Shown here: positions 1-11,875 of the stretch, piece after piece
Numbering within the stretch: the first letter of the stretch is position 1
How the letters are laid out: each line of letters starts with the position of its first letter
From: Salpingoeca rosetta
Taxonomy: Eukaryota > Protista > Choanoflagellata
Direction of reading: 5' to 3'
NCBI GenBank assembly: GCA_033442325.1
Contig: JAWQFM010000018.1
Coordinates: forward strand, 1,220,530 to 1,284,529
Length of the DNA: 64,000 nucleotides
Program-made: the position numbers and the translations under genes
The notes under the pieces: generated by a model
What the model was told of the DNA's origin: nothing
What the model saw: only the letters and a program-made list of their open reading frames with translations
Databases searched by the model: none

Positions 1-43
1 GGCAGTCGCTGTCCCCGCTGTACGTTGACTGGCAGCGGTGGCA

Positions 44-143
44 NNNNNNNNNNNNNNNNNNNNNNNNNNNNNNNNNNNNNNNNNNNNNNNNNNNNNNNNN
101 NNNNNNNNNNNNNNNNNNNNNNNNNNNNNNNNNNNNNNNNNNN
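44..143. other. Assembly gap (100 N); others at 12867-12966, 21519-21618, 36715-36814 and 60818-60917
   Basis: Runs of n, mostly flanked by microsatellites. Confidence 1.
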
Positions 144-999
144 TACTACGTGGTGTACCTGCCATGAGCGTGCCGGCATCTCCAGTCAGCTGTCTGCTCC
201 ACCTGTTTGACCTGGTGCTGCGGTGAGTGATGACCTCGTGCTACGCGCCGTCAAGCAGAACGTCTCCAAACTCCTGGGCACCTTCCTGCTCACCTTCTTC
301 ATCATCTACGCGTTTATGCTTGTGGGCCGCGATGCGTTTGGTGGCACGTACGAGTTTGCGGACGCCCCGGCCACGTGTGCGCCGGGCACGCCACTGGTGC
401 AGTGCCTGCGCGACCATCTGTACTACGGCTTCTACTCGTCGCCCGTGTTTGCGCCCGCGGATGCGGATGTGGGCCTGTTTGTGTACTCGCTGCTGTACTT
501 TATGGTGGTGGTGCTGGTGATGGCCGCGATTGTTTCCGGTATCATCATTGACTCGTTTGGCGAGTACCGTGCCGAGACGGAGGCCATCGCTGCGGAGAAG
601 GAGAGCCGGTGCTTTGTGTGCAACTTCAGCCACGACCGCATCCAGGCTGCGCACAAGGGCGGCTTTGAGGCGCACATTGCGAGCGACCACAACGTGTGGA
701 ACTACATCTGGTTCCTCATGCGCGTGCTGGAGAAGCGAGAGGAGCACAAGCCGCTGACGGGCGTGGAGATTGAGGCTGTGCGGCACTGGGACACCAGCAA
801 GGACCTGACGGCAATGATGCCCGTGAACCGTGCGCTGTGCCTCGAGGCGGGGAGCGAGGACACCACCCTGGACCAAGTCCTGGACGTGGTGAAGCAGGTG
901 GCCATGGCGACGGGGCAGGTGGTGATGACGTCCGACCGGTCCCTCCAGCTCCTGCTCTCCCTCACGCAGCAGCACAGCGCCAACACCAACAAGCCCTAA
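144..999 (+). CDS. IP3 receptor/ryanodine receptor-like Ca2+ release channel, C-terminal channel region (5'-partial)
   Basis: ORF 223..999 has S5, pore helix, S6 (VVVLVMAAIVSGIIIDSFGEYR) and the C2H2 linker CFVC...HIASDHNVWNYIWFL typical of ITPR/RyR. The upstream frame gives LLHLFDLVLR (cf. ITPR LLLFDLVYR). Truncated by the N gap 44-143. Confidence 0.85.
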
Positions 1000-1610
1000 C
1001 TCGCCGCATGTGTGTGTATGTACGTGTGCATGTAATGTATGCATGCATGTGTGTGTTTTTTTTGGGGGGGGGGGATCCTCCATGGTTTCTGCCTGCTTGG
1101 ATCATCTGGTTTCTATTTTATGTTTCAGTTTTCCCTTGACACCTGCTGTCTAGCTGTCTAGCTGTAGCTTTCTCCTAATTGTATTGTCTTTGTGTATGAA
1201 GTAGGCTGAGTTTTTTTGACTGCGCGTTTTGACTGCTGTTGTATTGGTTTCCTTCTGCCGTATCTTGCGTTGACACTGTTTTGGACAGCCGCTGAAAGCA
1301 TTGCAGCCAAGCGCTGAACATTGTGAAACCTGTTGATGGTGTGTTTGCTTGCATGCGACGTGTTTTATGTTTTATGCAGCACATACAGTCGTTTATGGGA
1401 AGCAATTCAAGAATTTGGCGCATCATAGATCCCAGCAGGCATGGGTACAAAGGGACGTGTGCATGGAGACACCAAGATGCGAGGAAGTAGTCGCAGACAT
1501 CGGCACACGGAAGCACAGGGACGCGGATACAGAACCGCGGACGGACGCACACATGCACACACACGTGCGCTCACAAATAACACGTATACAACACTCCCAA
1601 CCTCCCAACG

Positions 1611-2825
1611 TTATCTTGGGATGGTGTTTCGTAAGAGAGCAGCAAGATCGTCCGGTAGAAGCGTGCGGATGAGGTGAATCTGGAACGTCTTGTAGTAGAA
1701 AAACGCACATGCGCAGAGGTGGTGCGTGTGCGCCGTGGCTTGTTGGATGAAGGTGCTTGCTGAGACCTGCATTGGCTTTGGGCAGGCTGTGAAGTGGGCA
1801 AGGTAGATGTGGTCGCACAGCAACGCCAGCGCCTCAATCTCAGCATCAAACTGGCAGTTGTAGAGGGCGCGAGGAAGCTCTTGTGCCTTGTCGCGGAACA
1901 CGTGACGGACGAAGTAGGTGAGAAAGCCCTGGAGCGTGGCAGCGCCGTGGGTGCGACCATGCTGGAGCCCCGTACGGTACCAGCCTGTTTCGGGGCGGAA
2001 AGCGCGGGGCGCGGTGATGAGCGCCTGCATCTGCTTGAAGATGCTCATGCTGGGCTGGATGAGCTGGAAGCCGCCGTTGACGCTGCTGAACATGCCGTTG
2101 GTGAAGAGGAGGTGGGACGGCAACACGAACAGGTGGTCGATGTTGTTCATGACGAGCATGTCCACGTCCAAGATGAGCACGCGATCGTATTCCTCAAATG
2201 ACCAGGGCCACAGAAAGTCAAAGTCCATCAGGCCGATGCCGGCATATTGGCCACCAGGCTGGACGAGGCGCTTGTACTCTGGGTCCTGGACGGCCTCGAG
2301 CGGAATGGCTGGGCGGCGGTGGCGGATGGTGATGTTGCATGCAGCCGCAAGGGCGAGCGTCTGCGGGCCAGGGTTGCGGGTGATGAGAAGATAATCGACG
2401 TTGTGGAAGTTGGTGTTGCGGTGGAAGCTTTGGAACAGCACGCATGCGGGCCACGCGTACTTGAGCACAGCCGCATCGTCGTCGTTGTTGTTTCTGTTGC
2501 TGCTGCTGTTGTTGCTGTGTGATGAGGAGGATGGCTGGGCCTGAGGCGGCTGTTCTCTTGTTGTTGCAAGCGTGTCACGTGGTGTATCCAGCGGTGGCAT
2601 TGCCACAGTGGTCACTGCAATCCGCATCGACCGCAACTGTTCTTGTGTTGGCTCATGTTGTTGTGCGTGTGCGGAGCTGAGCGTGATGGTCGTCGTGGAT
2701 AACACGAGCAACACCAGCGAGAAGATGCCGGCCGACGCCAACCAACGACGAGCCAAGGTGCTGCCACCCCCACCACCACCACCACACCAACGACAACAAC
2801 ACAGACACCTGGCACGCCACATCAT
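1611..2825 (-). CDS. GT8-family (glycogenin-like) type II membrane glycosyltransferase, single exon
   Basis: ATG at 2825 (MMWRAR), TM helix GIFSLVLLVLST, stem, then FEEYDRVLILDVDMLVMNNIDHLF (GT8 DxD motif), SVNGGFQLIQPS and AHFTACPKPM. Confidence 0.85.
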   Translation of the reverse strand: MMWRARCLCCCRWCGGGGGGGSTLARRWLASAGIFSLVLLVLSTTTITLSSAHAQQHEPTQEQLRSMRIAVTTVAMPPLDTPRDTLATTREQPPQAQPSSSSHSNNSSSNRNNNDDDAAVLKYAWPACVLFQSFHRNTNFHNVDYLLITRNPGPQTLALAAACNITIRHRRPAIPLEAVQDPEYKRLVQPGGQYAGIGLMDFDFLWPWSFEEYDRVLILDVDMLVMNNIDHLFVLPSHLLFTNGMFSSVNGGFQLIQPSMSIFKQMQALITAPRAFRPETGWYRTGLQHGRTHGAATLQGFLTYFVRHVFRDKAQELPRALYNCQFDAEIEALALLCDHIYLAHFTACPKPMQVSASTFIQQATAHTHHLCACAFFYYKTFQIHLIRTLLPDDLAALLRNTIPR

Positions 2826-3524
2826 GATAGGTGCTGACCCACCACCACGACACTCGTGTTGATTGATGTGTGTTGTGCCCAAACACGCAAGCAAGCAAGC
2901 AAGCAAGTGATGCCAGATCACGCCCCGCAAACGGGATTTCACCCCGCAAACGGGTCATTTCAGAAATAGGCACAAGCAAGAAGCGATGCATTTTGCTACA
3001 TTTTGTGATGTTGTTTACAAAACCTGACTTGGGTTGGCTGCCTCGACGATGATGGCGGTGGCGATGAAGAGCGATGACACGGTGGGTGGATGCATACATG
3101 CAAAGGCTGGCCGTTGCAGTGGGGCGCTGTCCGTTGCACGCGCAACACACGAGTGTCCATTGTAACGGAGAACAACGACGGACAGCAACACGAGCGAGGA
3201 CTTGAGGTGAGGCAGGTGCTGTTGCTGGATGGATGTCGTTGTGCACTGTGTGCTGGGGACAGCAGTCATCAGCACACACACACACACACATCAGCACACA
3301 ACGACAAGCGGCAACCACAACAACCTCCTTCATCTATCATTCACTCACATCAGTCAATGCATACCACCACAACACTCACGAGCACACGCGCTACCAGTAC
3401 ACACACAGAACCACACCCGCCATACAGTGTGTTGATGTGAGACCTGACAAAACCGTTACACAAACACACCACCACCGCACGACTGCGACTGCGATTGTTG
3501 CTGGCTGGTGCCTCTTGTGGTTGA

Positions 3525-3572
3525 CGTTTGTCCTCCGTCCGTTTGTCCTCCGTCCGTTTGTCCTCCGTCCGT
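3525..3572 (+). repeat. 15-bp tandem repeat (CGTTTGTCCTCCGTC)x3, followed by a (CCA)n tract 3597-3666
   Basis: Directly visible in the GT8/sulfatase intergenic region. Confidence 0.9.
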
Positions 3573-4030
3573 TGTCAGTTTTGCCGCACCCCGACTCACC
3601 ACCACCACCACCACCACCACCACCACCACCACCACCACCACCACCACCACCACCACCACCACCACCAACACACCACCTCATCCGTGTGCTGAACACCCTC
3701 GACACACCACCACACCACGACACTCAACACGTTGTCGTTGTCATTTATTTTACGTTTACTGCTCTGACCAACCCAACAAACAAACCAACCCCACAATTCC
3801 GTCCCCAACAGCCAGCACCCACCCATTGACCCCAACTTGGCTGAGCAGCCAAGCTTGTGAGGACGCCCTTGTGAACCCCACCACTCCCTGACACACGACG
3901 CCAGCGAGCGCCACACCCGATTTCGTTCCACGTGACAAGTGGACCCAAAGAGAAGAGCAGAACACCAGCACAGCGCACACGCCCCCCCGCTCTCACTCAC
4001 TCACACACGACGGCACGTATCCTCGCTACG

Positions 4031-4764
4031 ATGATGACGACGTCCAGAGCACCTGCCTTTGCTGCAGCCATTGCGCTGCTCATGTGCTGCTGCTGCTCCT
4101 GCTGTTGGATGAGTGGCGCGCAGGCTGAGCCAGCTCAGCCCAACATCCTCATTCTGCTGTTGGACGACGTGGGCGCGGACCGGTTCACGTTTTACGGATC
4201 CAACGTGGACTCCTCCGCCAACATCAACGAGCTCGCGGAGAAGGCGGTGGTGTTTGATGCCTTCTTTGCGCAGCCCATCTGCGGGCCATCCCGGGCGTGC
4301 TTGCTGAGCGGTCGCCTGACATCCAACACCAAGGCATACGGCAATGGCCACAAGCGCAACGAGGACTTTGATGAGTCTGAGTGCACGCTTGGCGCGACGT
4401 TCCAGGAGGCCGGGTACAGGACAGCCCTGTTTGGCAAGGCGCACGCCTCCGCACCATACCTGTCCACATACAACGAGAGTTGTGGGTTTGGCAAGTATGC
4501 CATCTGGGCGCGCCAGGGACCTCGCTACCACAATTCAACGGTCAGTATGCGCGTCTGTGTGTCTGTTGAAATGTGTGCGTGCGCGCGCGTCTCTGTGTTT
4601 GTGCGTACGTGCGCGTCTCTGTGTATGTGTCTGTGCATGTACACGCTTCAACCATCACTGACTCCGACTCACGCAGATACAACTCCCCCCCCCAAAAAAA
4701 ACAACAACACCCCCCTTCCCAAACCGCGTCTCACCTCTCTTACACACACACACACACACACATA

Positions 4765-4829
<65 letters not shown>

Positions 4830-5829
4830 CACCCTCAACTATTGGCAGATCCAAACGAACATTGGAACGGGCGACCTGTCTGAGTTTGATGCGCTTGTTG
4901 CGGCGGCAAGGGAGGTGGAGAACGTGGGCCCGTCCCGCACGCTTGACATGAAGAACACATACCACCCGCACCTCAACCGCGAGCTGGCCAAGGCGCACAT
5001 CACCGCAAGCAAGGCCGAGGGCAAGCCGTTCCTCATCCACATGCCGATGCTGCTGACGCACGGCCCGACGCCGGACAAGGAAGACGACCCCTCGCTGCCG
5101 TTGGACATGCACACGGAGCAAGGCGGCAACGAGCTGTTCAACCAGCGGCTCATGGTTGCGGACGCCGTGATTGGAGACATCCTGCGGCACCTAGAGGTGG
5201 AGGGCATGCAGAACGACACAATTGTGCTCGTGACGGGCGACAATGGCACGCCGCGCGGATATGACGCCGTTGTCAATGGTGTCAAGACACGCAACGGCAA
5301 GCGCCACGCCGACCGGGCAGAGGGCACGCGCGTGCCGCTGCTGGTATACTACCCACCTGTGTTAGACACGGCGCCGCGGACGGTCAAGTCTGTGGCGACG
5401 CTGTATGACATTCTGCCAACGCTTGTGGACGCAGCGGGCGTGAGCGGATATCCGGCCGGCAAGGACGAGCCCGATGGCAGCTCGTTCTGGCCGCTTGTGA
5501 CGGGGCAGCGGAAGAAGACGGGGGAGTGGGCGTACCTGTTCTCGGAGTCGCGGGACCCGCACGCCGTTGTTCGCAACCGCAAGACCATCATTGCCTCCGA
5601 TGGCAACGTGTACAGAGAGCGCAAGTGGTATGACCCCGTGCGGGTGAGCCCGGAGTTGGTGTGCCAGCGCAAGAAGATTTTCCGCCGCATGAAGCGCATG
5701 GTGTTTGAGGCGTGGAAGCTGGACATCAACGTCACCCTCCCTGGCTCGGACACAGCGCTGCCGCCAGACTCATGCGCAAAGATTGTCTGCAATCCCGACA
5801 CCAGCCTTCCAGAGTGCGTCTACGCTTAG
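4031..5829 (+). CDS. Secreted formylglycine-dependent (S1) sulfatase; exons 4031-4540 and 4849-5829
   Basis: Signal peptide ending GAQA, PNILILLLDDVG, active-site CGPSRACLLSGR (CxPSR), GYRTALFGK, VLVTGDNG, GTRVPLLV, DILPTL. The phase-0 GT..AG intron 4541-4848 joins the two ORFs in frame. Confidence 0.92.
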
Positions 5830-6166
5830 CTTCACTGCTTCTTTCCCGTGTCGTCGCTGTTGTTCGTGTGCTTTTCTGTTTTGTTCGTGTATGTTTGCTT
5901 TCCATGTTTGCCGCCATCTCGTCATGATGCCCATGTATGCATTGTTGTAGCAGCACAGCATGTCCAATAGACAAAAAGCAAGCTGAACGTGCATGCAAGT
6001 GGAGGGCGGGGGAGGCGAGTGAGTGAGTTTGGGGAGGAGGGAGACACAGAGGTGTGTGTGTGTGTGTGGGGGGGGGGGGAGGAGTTGTGCGGCAACTCTC
6101 ACTCTCACTCAGCTCTTTTACGGATTGTTGATGGGAAATATTGCCATTTTTCGTCAATGACCCATA

Positions 6167-7390
6167 ATGAAGCAACGACGACGGCGACGGATACAACGAA
6201 CACGACACCCCTCTACAGCAGGTCCGGGAAATGTGAGAAGGTTCGTGTGGTTGGTGCTGGTGGTGTCGTTGGTGGTGTTGTTGGTGTCAGGTGGCGGGGG
6301 CTTACACGGCAGTGGAGGCAGAAGAAAGAGCGGCAAAGGCGCGTGGAACACGCACAGCCCAGGAGCCGCAGCAGCGCCAGCAGCACGAGGACGAGCGGAT
6401 GACCCGAAGAAGAAGGACGGGCGATGCGTGCCGGATGTTGACATCTATCTCGTGCACCTGCGCAAGGCTGGCGGGCGCACAATCCGCTGCACCTTCTCGG
6501 CGCAGTGCAACGCTCCATCGTTCCTGAAAGGGTTCAAACCGACCCTGCCCAACACTCTGGCGCGCGTCAGCCACGGCCATTCGTGGGAGAACGACGTGCG
6601 TGAGGCGTACTTGGCCGCCAAGCAGGAGAACCCACCGCACAGCGTGACGGTGATGGCAACCGTGCTGCGCGAGCCCATGCAGCGCCTCCTCTCCGCATTC
6701 ACCACGAGCCTGGGTCGCGAAGAAGCAAGACGCAACGACCGCACCCTTCCCGGGTGTGCGTGGGTCGGCCACACGCACATCTGCGGCGACGCCGTCGACG
6801 CCATGTACCACGGGACAATGACGCTGGCCGAGTTTGCCCAATCCAACGACACCGCGCCCGCCATGAACTACATGGTGCAGCACCTGGGGAGCGAGTCCAT
6901 GAACCTGGAGAAGCAGCCCAAGGCAACGCAGCAGGCCATGCTGCGGCGAAGCCTGGGCGTGCTGGACCGCATGGATGCGGTGCTACTGGTGGAGCGCTTC
7001 AACGAGAGTCTGGCGCTGCTGTCGTGCGTGGTTGAGGAGCAGGGTGGGCCTGCGCTGCAACGCGCCACCCTGTGCTCCAACTGGAACCCGCACCCGCGCC
7101 CACGCGACATCACGCCAGAGGTGGAGGCCATGCTGCGGCACCGCAACTCCCTCGACCACGCCGTGTACCAGCACGCGGCGCTGGCGTTTGCCGCCAACGT
7201 AAACAAGTTCCAGGGAAGGCCGTGCTTCGAGCGTGTCATGCGGTCCCTGGCGTCGTGCGACACACCCACGTGGTATGGGCACAAGCGAGACCCTTCCCTC
7301 GGCAGCTACAACATTTCCGAGGCCATGCACATGCTTCATGGCCACACTAGCGAATCCTTGCTCCGTGTTGCGTCATGTCCAATATCTTAA
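6167..7390 (+). CDS. Golgi-type type II membrane carbohydrate sulfotransferase (Sulfotransfer_2/Gal-3-O-ST-like), single exon
   Basis: Basic N-tail plus TM (FVWLVLVVSLVVLLV), 5'-PSB loop YLVHLRKAGGRTI, 3'-PB motif VLREPMQRLLSAF, VLLVERFNESLALL, NSLDHAVYQHA. Confidence 0.88.
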   Translation: MKQRRRRRIQRTRHPSTAGPGNVRRFVWLVLVVSLVVLLVSGGGGLHGSGGRRKSGKGAWNTHSPGAAAAPAARGRADDPKKKDGRCVPDVDIYLVHLRKAGGRTIRCTFSAQCNAPSFLKGFKPTLPNTLARVSHGHSWENDVREAYLAAKQENPPHSVTVMATVLREPMQRLLSAFTTSLGREEARRNDRTLPGCAWVGHTHICGDAVDAMYHGTMTLAEFAQSNDTAPAMNYMVQHLGSESMNLEKQPKATQQAMLRRSLGVLDRMDAVLLVERFNESLALLSCVVEEQGGPALQRATLCSNWNPHPRPRDITPEVEAMLRHRNSLDHAVYQHAALAFAANVNKFQGRPCFERVMRSLASCDTPTWYGHKRDPSLGSYNISEAMHMLHGHTSESLLRVASCPIS

Positions 7391-7404
7391 CGCAAGGTGA
7401 TGTT

Positions 7405-7470
<66 letters not shown>

Positions 7471-7961
7471 GGTGTGTGTGTGTGTTTGTTTGCTTTTGTT
7501 TGTGTGTGTGTATTTGTTTGTTTGCTTGTTATCACATCACAAAGCCTGCCCGCAGCTCTTCACTTGAATGTTCAGCTGCTTCTTTCACTGCTAGTTTGTT
7601 CATTGTGGGGGCGGGGGAGGCGTAATCAACCAGCCAGCCATGCGCCAGCGTGGGTTGCGTAGACAGACAGGCGCGATGCTGTTGTTCACCATCAACTCGT
7701 TAGCCAATTCTCAATAGACAGCCAGACCAAACCGAATGCAAACCCAAGTATGCAGGGCGCGAGCATTCACGCACACTGATGCATGCGGAAAGCACGCAAG
7801 ATCACAACACCACCATCACCATCACCAACACCCCGTCAACAGCCGTGAAGAGAAGAGCGATCAGTGACATCATCATCACCATCACACCACCACCACCACC
7901 ACCACCATCACCATCACACCACCACCACCACCACCATCACACCACCACCACCACCACCACC

Positions 7962-8031
<70 letters not shown>

Positions 8032-8063
8032 CCATCACACCACCATCATCATCACCACCAAGC

Positions 8064-8927
8064 TCATCTGAGCTCCACGTGCAACTCGTGCGCAACGGTC
8101 TTCCGAAGTTGCTCCTGAATCTCATTGATCTCTTCGTTTGTCACCGTTCTGTCGTGCATACATCGAGAAGGTGGGGTGAATGAGGGTGTGAGCGAACGTG
8201 TGTGTTTGTGTGTTGCCGCAAAGTTGACGATATCAAACACAATGACAATCAATCACGACGACTGCCAGCACTCTCACTGCCACTGCTGCTACTGCTGCAC
8301 AGACCTATCCATGGATCTGTACACGATGCGGAACGTGCGGCTCCTGCGTCCGGTCTTGGGATGCGTGAAGGAGTCAATCTAATCATGAAGGCAATGTATC
8401 GTCATGTCGTCGTGCGATTGTGTGTAAATGGGGGTAGCGTACATGCATGCAAGCATGAGTCGTGAGGGCGAGAAGAGTAGAAGGCTACACAAGCACATTG
8501 TTCATGCACGCACATGGAGCGTACACGATACACAGTAACAAAGAACAGTCCTTCTCTTTACATTAATTGCCACCACGTCACCAGCCCTCACACCACCACC
8601 ACCACCACTATCATGAGCCACCACCGTCAACCAACAGCACGAGCAAAGGGCGTGCAACGGACCAAAGCAACGTGCTCGGCGAGGTCGCCAGCGACAGAGC
8701 GCACAACATCTGTAAACGAGTTGTCGCTGAACGCGTCATCGTCAATCCAGAAGGAAATGTCTTTGTTACACGGCGGGTACTTGCTGAACGGCTGACGAGG
8801 AAGGGAGGGGCGAGCGTGGTGGTGGTGGACGGAAGAGAAGAGAGGAGAGGACGTGTATGTGCGTGTAAGCCTCAAGCAGGCAGGCAGGCAGGCAGGCAGG
8901 CAGGCACACACAGACAGACACACACAC

Positions 8928-8990
<63 letters not shown>

Positions 8991-10315
8991 CACACACACA
9001 CACACAACTACGGAGCCAAGCATCGAACCTTGAACTTGATGGAGGCGAGCGGGGCGTCGTGCTTGAACTGCGAGAGGAATCGCGGATCTTTTGACCAGAA
9101 GAGTCGGATGTCCGGAATTCCAAACAGGACCATCGCCAGCCGCTCAAGACCTGACACGGCAAAGGAGGAGGAGAAGGGAGAGCAGGAGGCGTTGATATGA
9201 GGCACAAACTAGGGTGGGGGGGGGCGGTACATCGGTACGCAGGCAGGCAGATAGAGCAAGAGAGTGTGATTGTGTATCACACACATATGCACACCCACAC
9301 ACATGCACACACATATGCACACACACATGCACACACGCAGACAGGCGTGTAGACGCGACGCAGTGTGTGTGTTGATGAAGGAGACCGACCGAGGCCAAAT
9401 GCCCATCCGACTTTGTTGTCGGCGCCGGCGGCATCGAGGATCTCTTGCTCCATCACACCGCAGCCAAGCACCTCCAGCCACTCGCCCTGGTGGTGGTGAT
9501 GTGGTGATGTTGTGTGGCGTGGTGGTGGGTGAGAGCAGCATGCGCAGGTGCAAAGGCTAAAACGTGTGATGTCTCAATTTGTGCAGATCAAACACACACG
9601 CACACACGCACACACACACACACAACACACACACAACACCCACCCACAACACACAGACACAGACACACACACAAACAAACAACTAAGCAAGCAAGAAAGC
9701 AAGCAAGCAAGCAAATAACCAAGCCAGCCAGCGTGCGCCAGGTTTACCTCGAACAGGATCTCAAGTTCCCACGACGGGTGTGTGAAGGGGAAGTAGCAGT
9801 CGACCCACCGCTGCTCCACGGGCCCAAACAGGTGCTCAACGAGCCCGGACAGCGTGGTGCGGAGGTCTCTGCCGACTGCCTGTGCTGTCGTGATGGTGTG
9901 TGATTCCTGGTGCTCTGGGGAGCGCGAGGCGTGCTGCGCAAACACAGACGACCCCGTCATCTTGTTCACCTGCAGTTTGGGGGTGGGGGAAGGTGAGTGA
10001 GTGAGTGTGTGAGTGTGTGTGAGTGAGTGAGTGAGTGAGTGAGTGAGTGAGTGAGTGAGTGAGTGAGTGAGTGAGTGAGTGAGTGAGTGAGTAAGTGAGT
10101 GATTGCACGTGTGCCAGGTGGGGACACCTCATCGATGGAGAAGAGACGAACGCCCTCCGTCTGATGGAACACCGGGTAGTGGCTGCAATGCACGATGGTG
10201 GTGATGGTGGTGGTGATGGTGCTAATGCGATGAGTGGACGGAGGTGGTGGCGATGGTGACGGCGACGTGTTTTCAAGGAGAGCAAAGGCGTGCAACAGCA
10301 GCTGTACACATTGAA

Positions 10316-10346
<31 letters not shown>

Positions 10347-11813
10347 CAAACACACACACGCACACACAAACACAAACACGTGCGCACACCTTCGGTCAAT
10401 CTCGTCTGCAGTTGCATGGTACAAAAGCGGGGAATTGAACGCGCGACACGTGAGTAGGCAGGTGTTGGTGAAGGAAATCCAAACAGAGACACTGTTATGC
10501 ACACACACACACACACACACACTCACACGCACACATGCACATTCACGCAGACATAGACAGCGCACCTCGGCGGTAGACGTCACCGGAGCAGATGAAGGCG
10601 TTGAGGCCCGAGGAGATGAGCTCAGACTGGTGCGCACTCGTGTGCGCGCGAAGCATAAAGTCCTTGTTCAGCTGCAGGCACACAGCCGATGCAGGGCACC
10701 CAGCGAAGAGAACACATTGACGTGAGATGCACCATTCTCAACGCCCGTGCTAGCAGTGACAGAACCCACGTGACATGAGGTTGCGTGACGGTGGTGGTGG
10801 TGGTGGCGATGATGATGATGATGAAAGTGGTGGTGGTGATGATGATGAAAGAAGTGGTGATGGTGGTGGTGGCCTTACGTAGTAGTTGTCGGAAGGAGAC
10901 CGGCTGGGATGGTCCTGGGGAATGAGCAGCGAGTCAAAGTTCTGTTGAGGAGTGACGACTGACAGCGCACAGAACACCGTGGAGATGAGATGTTCATATA
11001 CACGTGCTGACAGCTGTGCTCCTGTGCAGGATCACAGGGTGCAGAACCCATTCTACGTCCTCTCGCGTGCATGTGCATCTCGCGTGCATGTGCATCTCGC
11101 GTACAGACACACACAGTGCAAGGAATCACGCTTCGTTCACGCAGACCTGGCTTCATATTACGGTGGGAGGAGAAGATACAGCGGCCAAAATGACGGAACT
11201 GATCTTGCTGAAAATACTCCTCAATATGCCTCTACATCACCCACACACCCACAACATGCAAACTGTGAGCCTTGCAGCATTCAACTGGTGTGTGCGACTC
11301 GCACAACCATTGACAAGCAGTGGAGCACTCAGCTCAGAGAGAGAGAGGCAGAGAGACAGAGAGAGAGAGGCAGAGAGCGCAGAGGCAGAGTCGCACACAG
11401 ACACAGACACAGGCACACACACATACACACAGGCACAGGCACATACACACAGACACACAAACACACACGTACACTCACATACACACATACAGCGCCACAC
11501 CACTGACCAGTAGGATGGCGAGTGGATGCGACGGCTGTGAAAGCAGGTCCGCGTCCATGCGTTGCACCACCGCTGGCGTCACATTGGACATGTTGTCCCG
11601 CGCATACTCCTGCCCCAGCACCCGCAACACCCGTTCACTGCTGTCCCCACTGCTGCCACCAGCGCCCGCACCAGTACTGCTGCTCGTACTGCTCGTACTG
11701 CTGCTCGTACTGCTGCTCGTACTGCTGCTGCTGCTTCGCCAGTAGCAGCAGCGTGCACGTGCACGCGCCACCACTCTTCGCGCACTTGTCGCAGTCAACA
11801 ACAACGCCCTCAT
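8064..11813 (-). CDS. FARS2: Mitochondrial phenylalanyl-tRNA synthetase, multi-exon
   Basis: Arg-rich targeting peptide [13 protein letters not shown]. Exons encode [114 protein letters not shown] and a FDX-ACB end VELR*. Confidence 0.95.
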
Positions 11814-11835
11814 CTCCTTTCGGTGTTGTTGTGCA

Positions 11836-11875
11836 AAGGGAAAATTGCCTTTGAGACAAAGGCAATTTTGCCCTT
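11836..11875. promoter_or_regulatory. Inverted repeat within the 182-bp FARS2/SLC35B1 divergent intergenic region
   Basis: AAAATTGCCTTTG-AGA-CAAAGGCAATTTT (13-bp perfect arms, 11841-11869), extendable by AAGGG/CCCTT with one bulge. Regulatory role is inferred. Confidence 0.55.

Noticed and set aside
3525-3572. Short direct repeats (also 63582-63627, 44700-44780) as a possible CRISPR array
   Set aside because: Head-to-tail repeats without spacers, no cas genes, eukaryotic context.
2942-4030. Small gene or RNA gene between GT8 and the sulfatase
   Set aside because: No recognisable protein motif, tRNA cloverleaf or snRNA signature.
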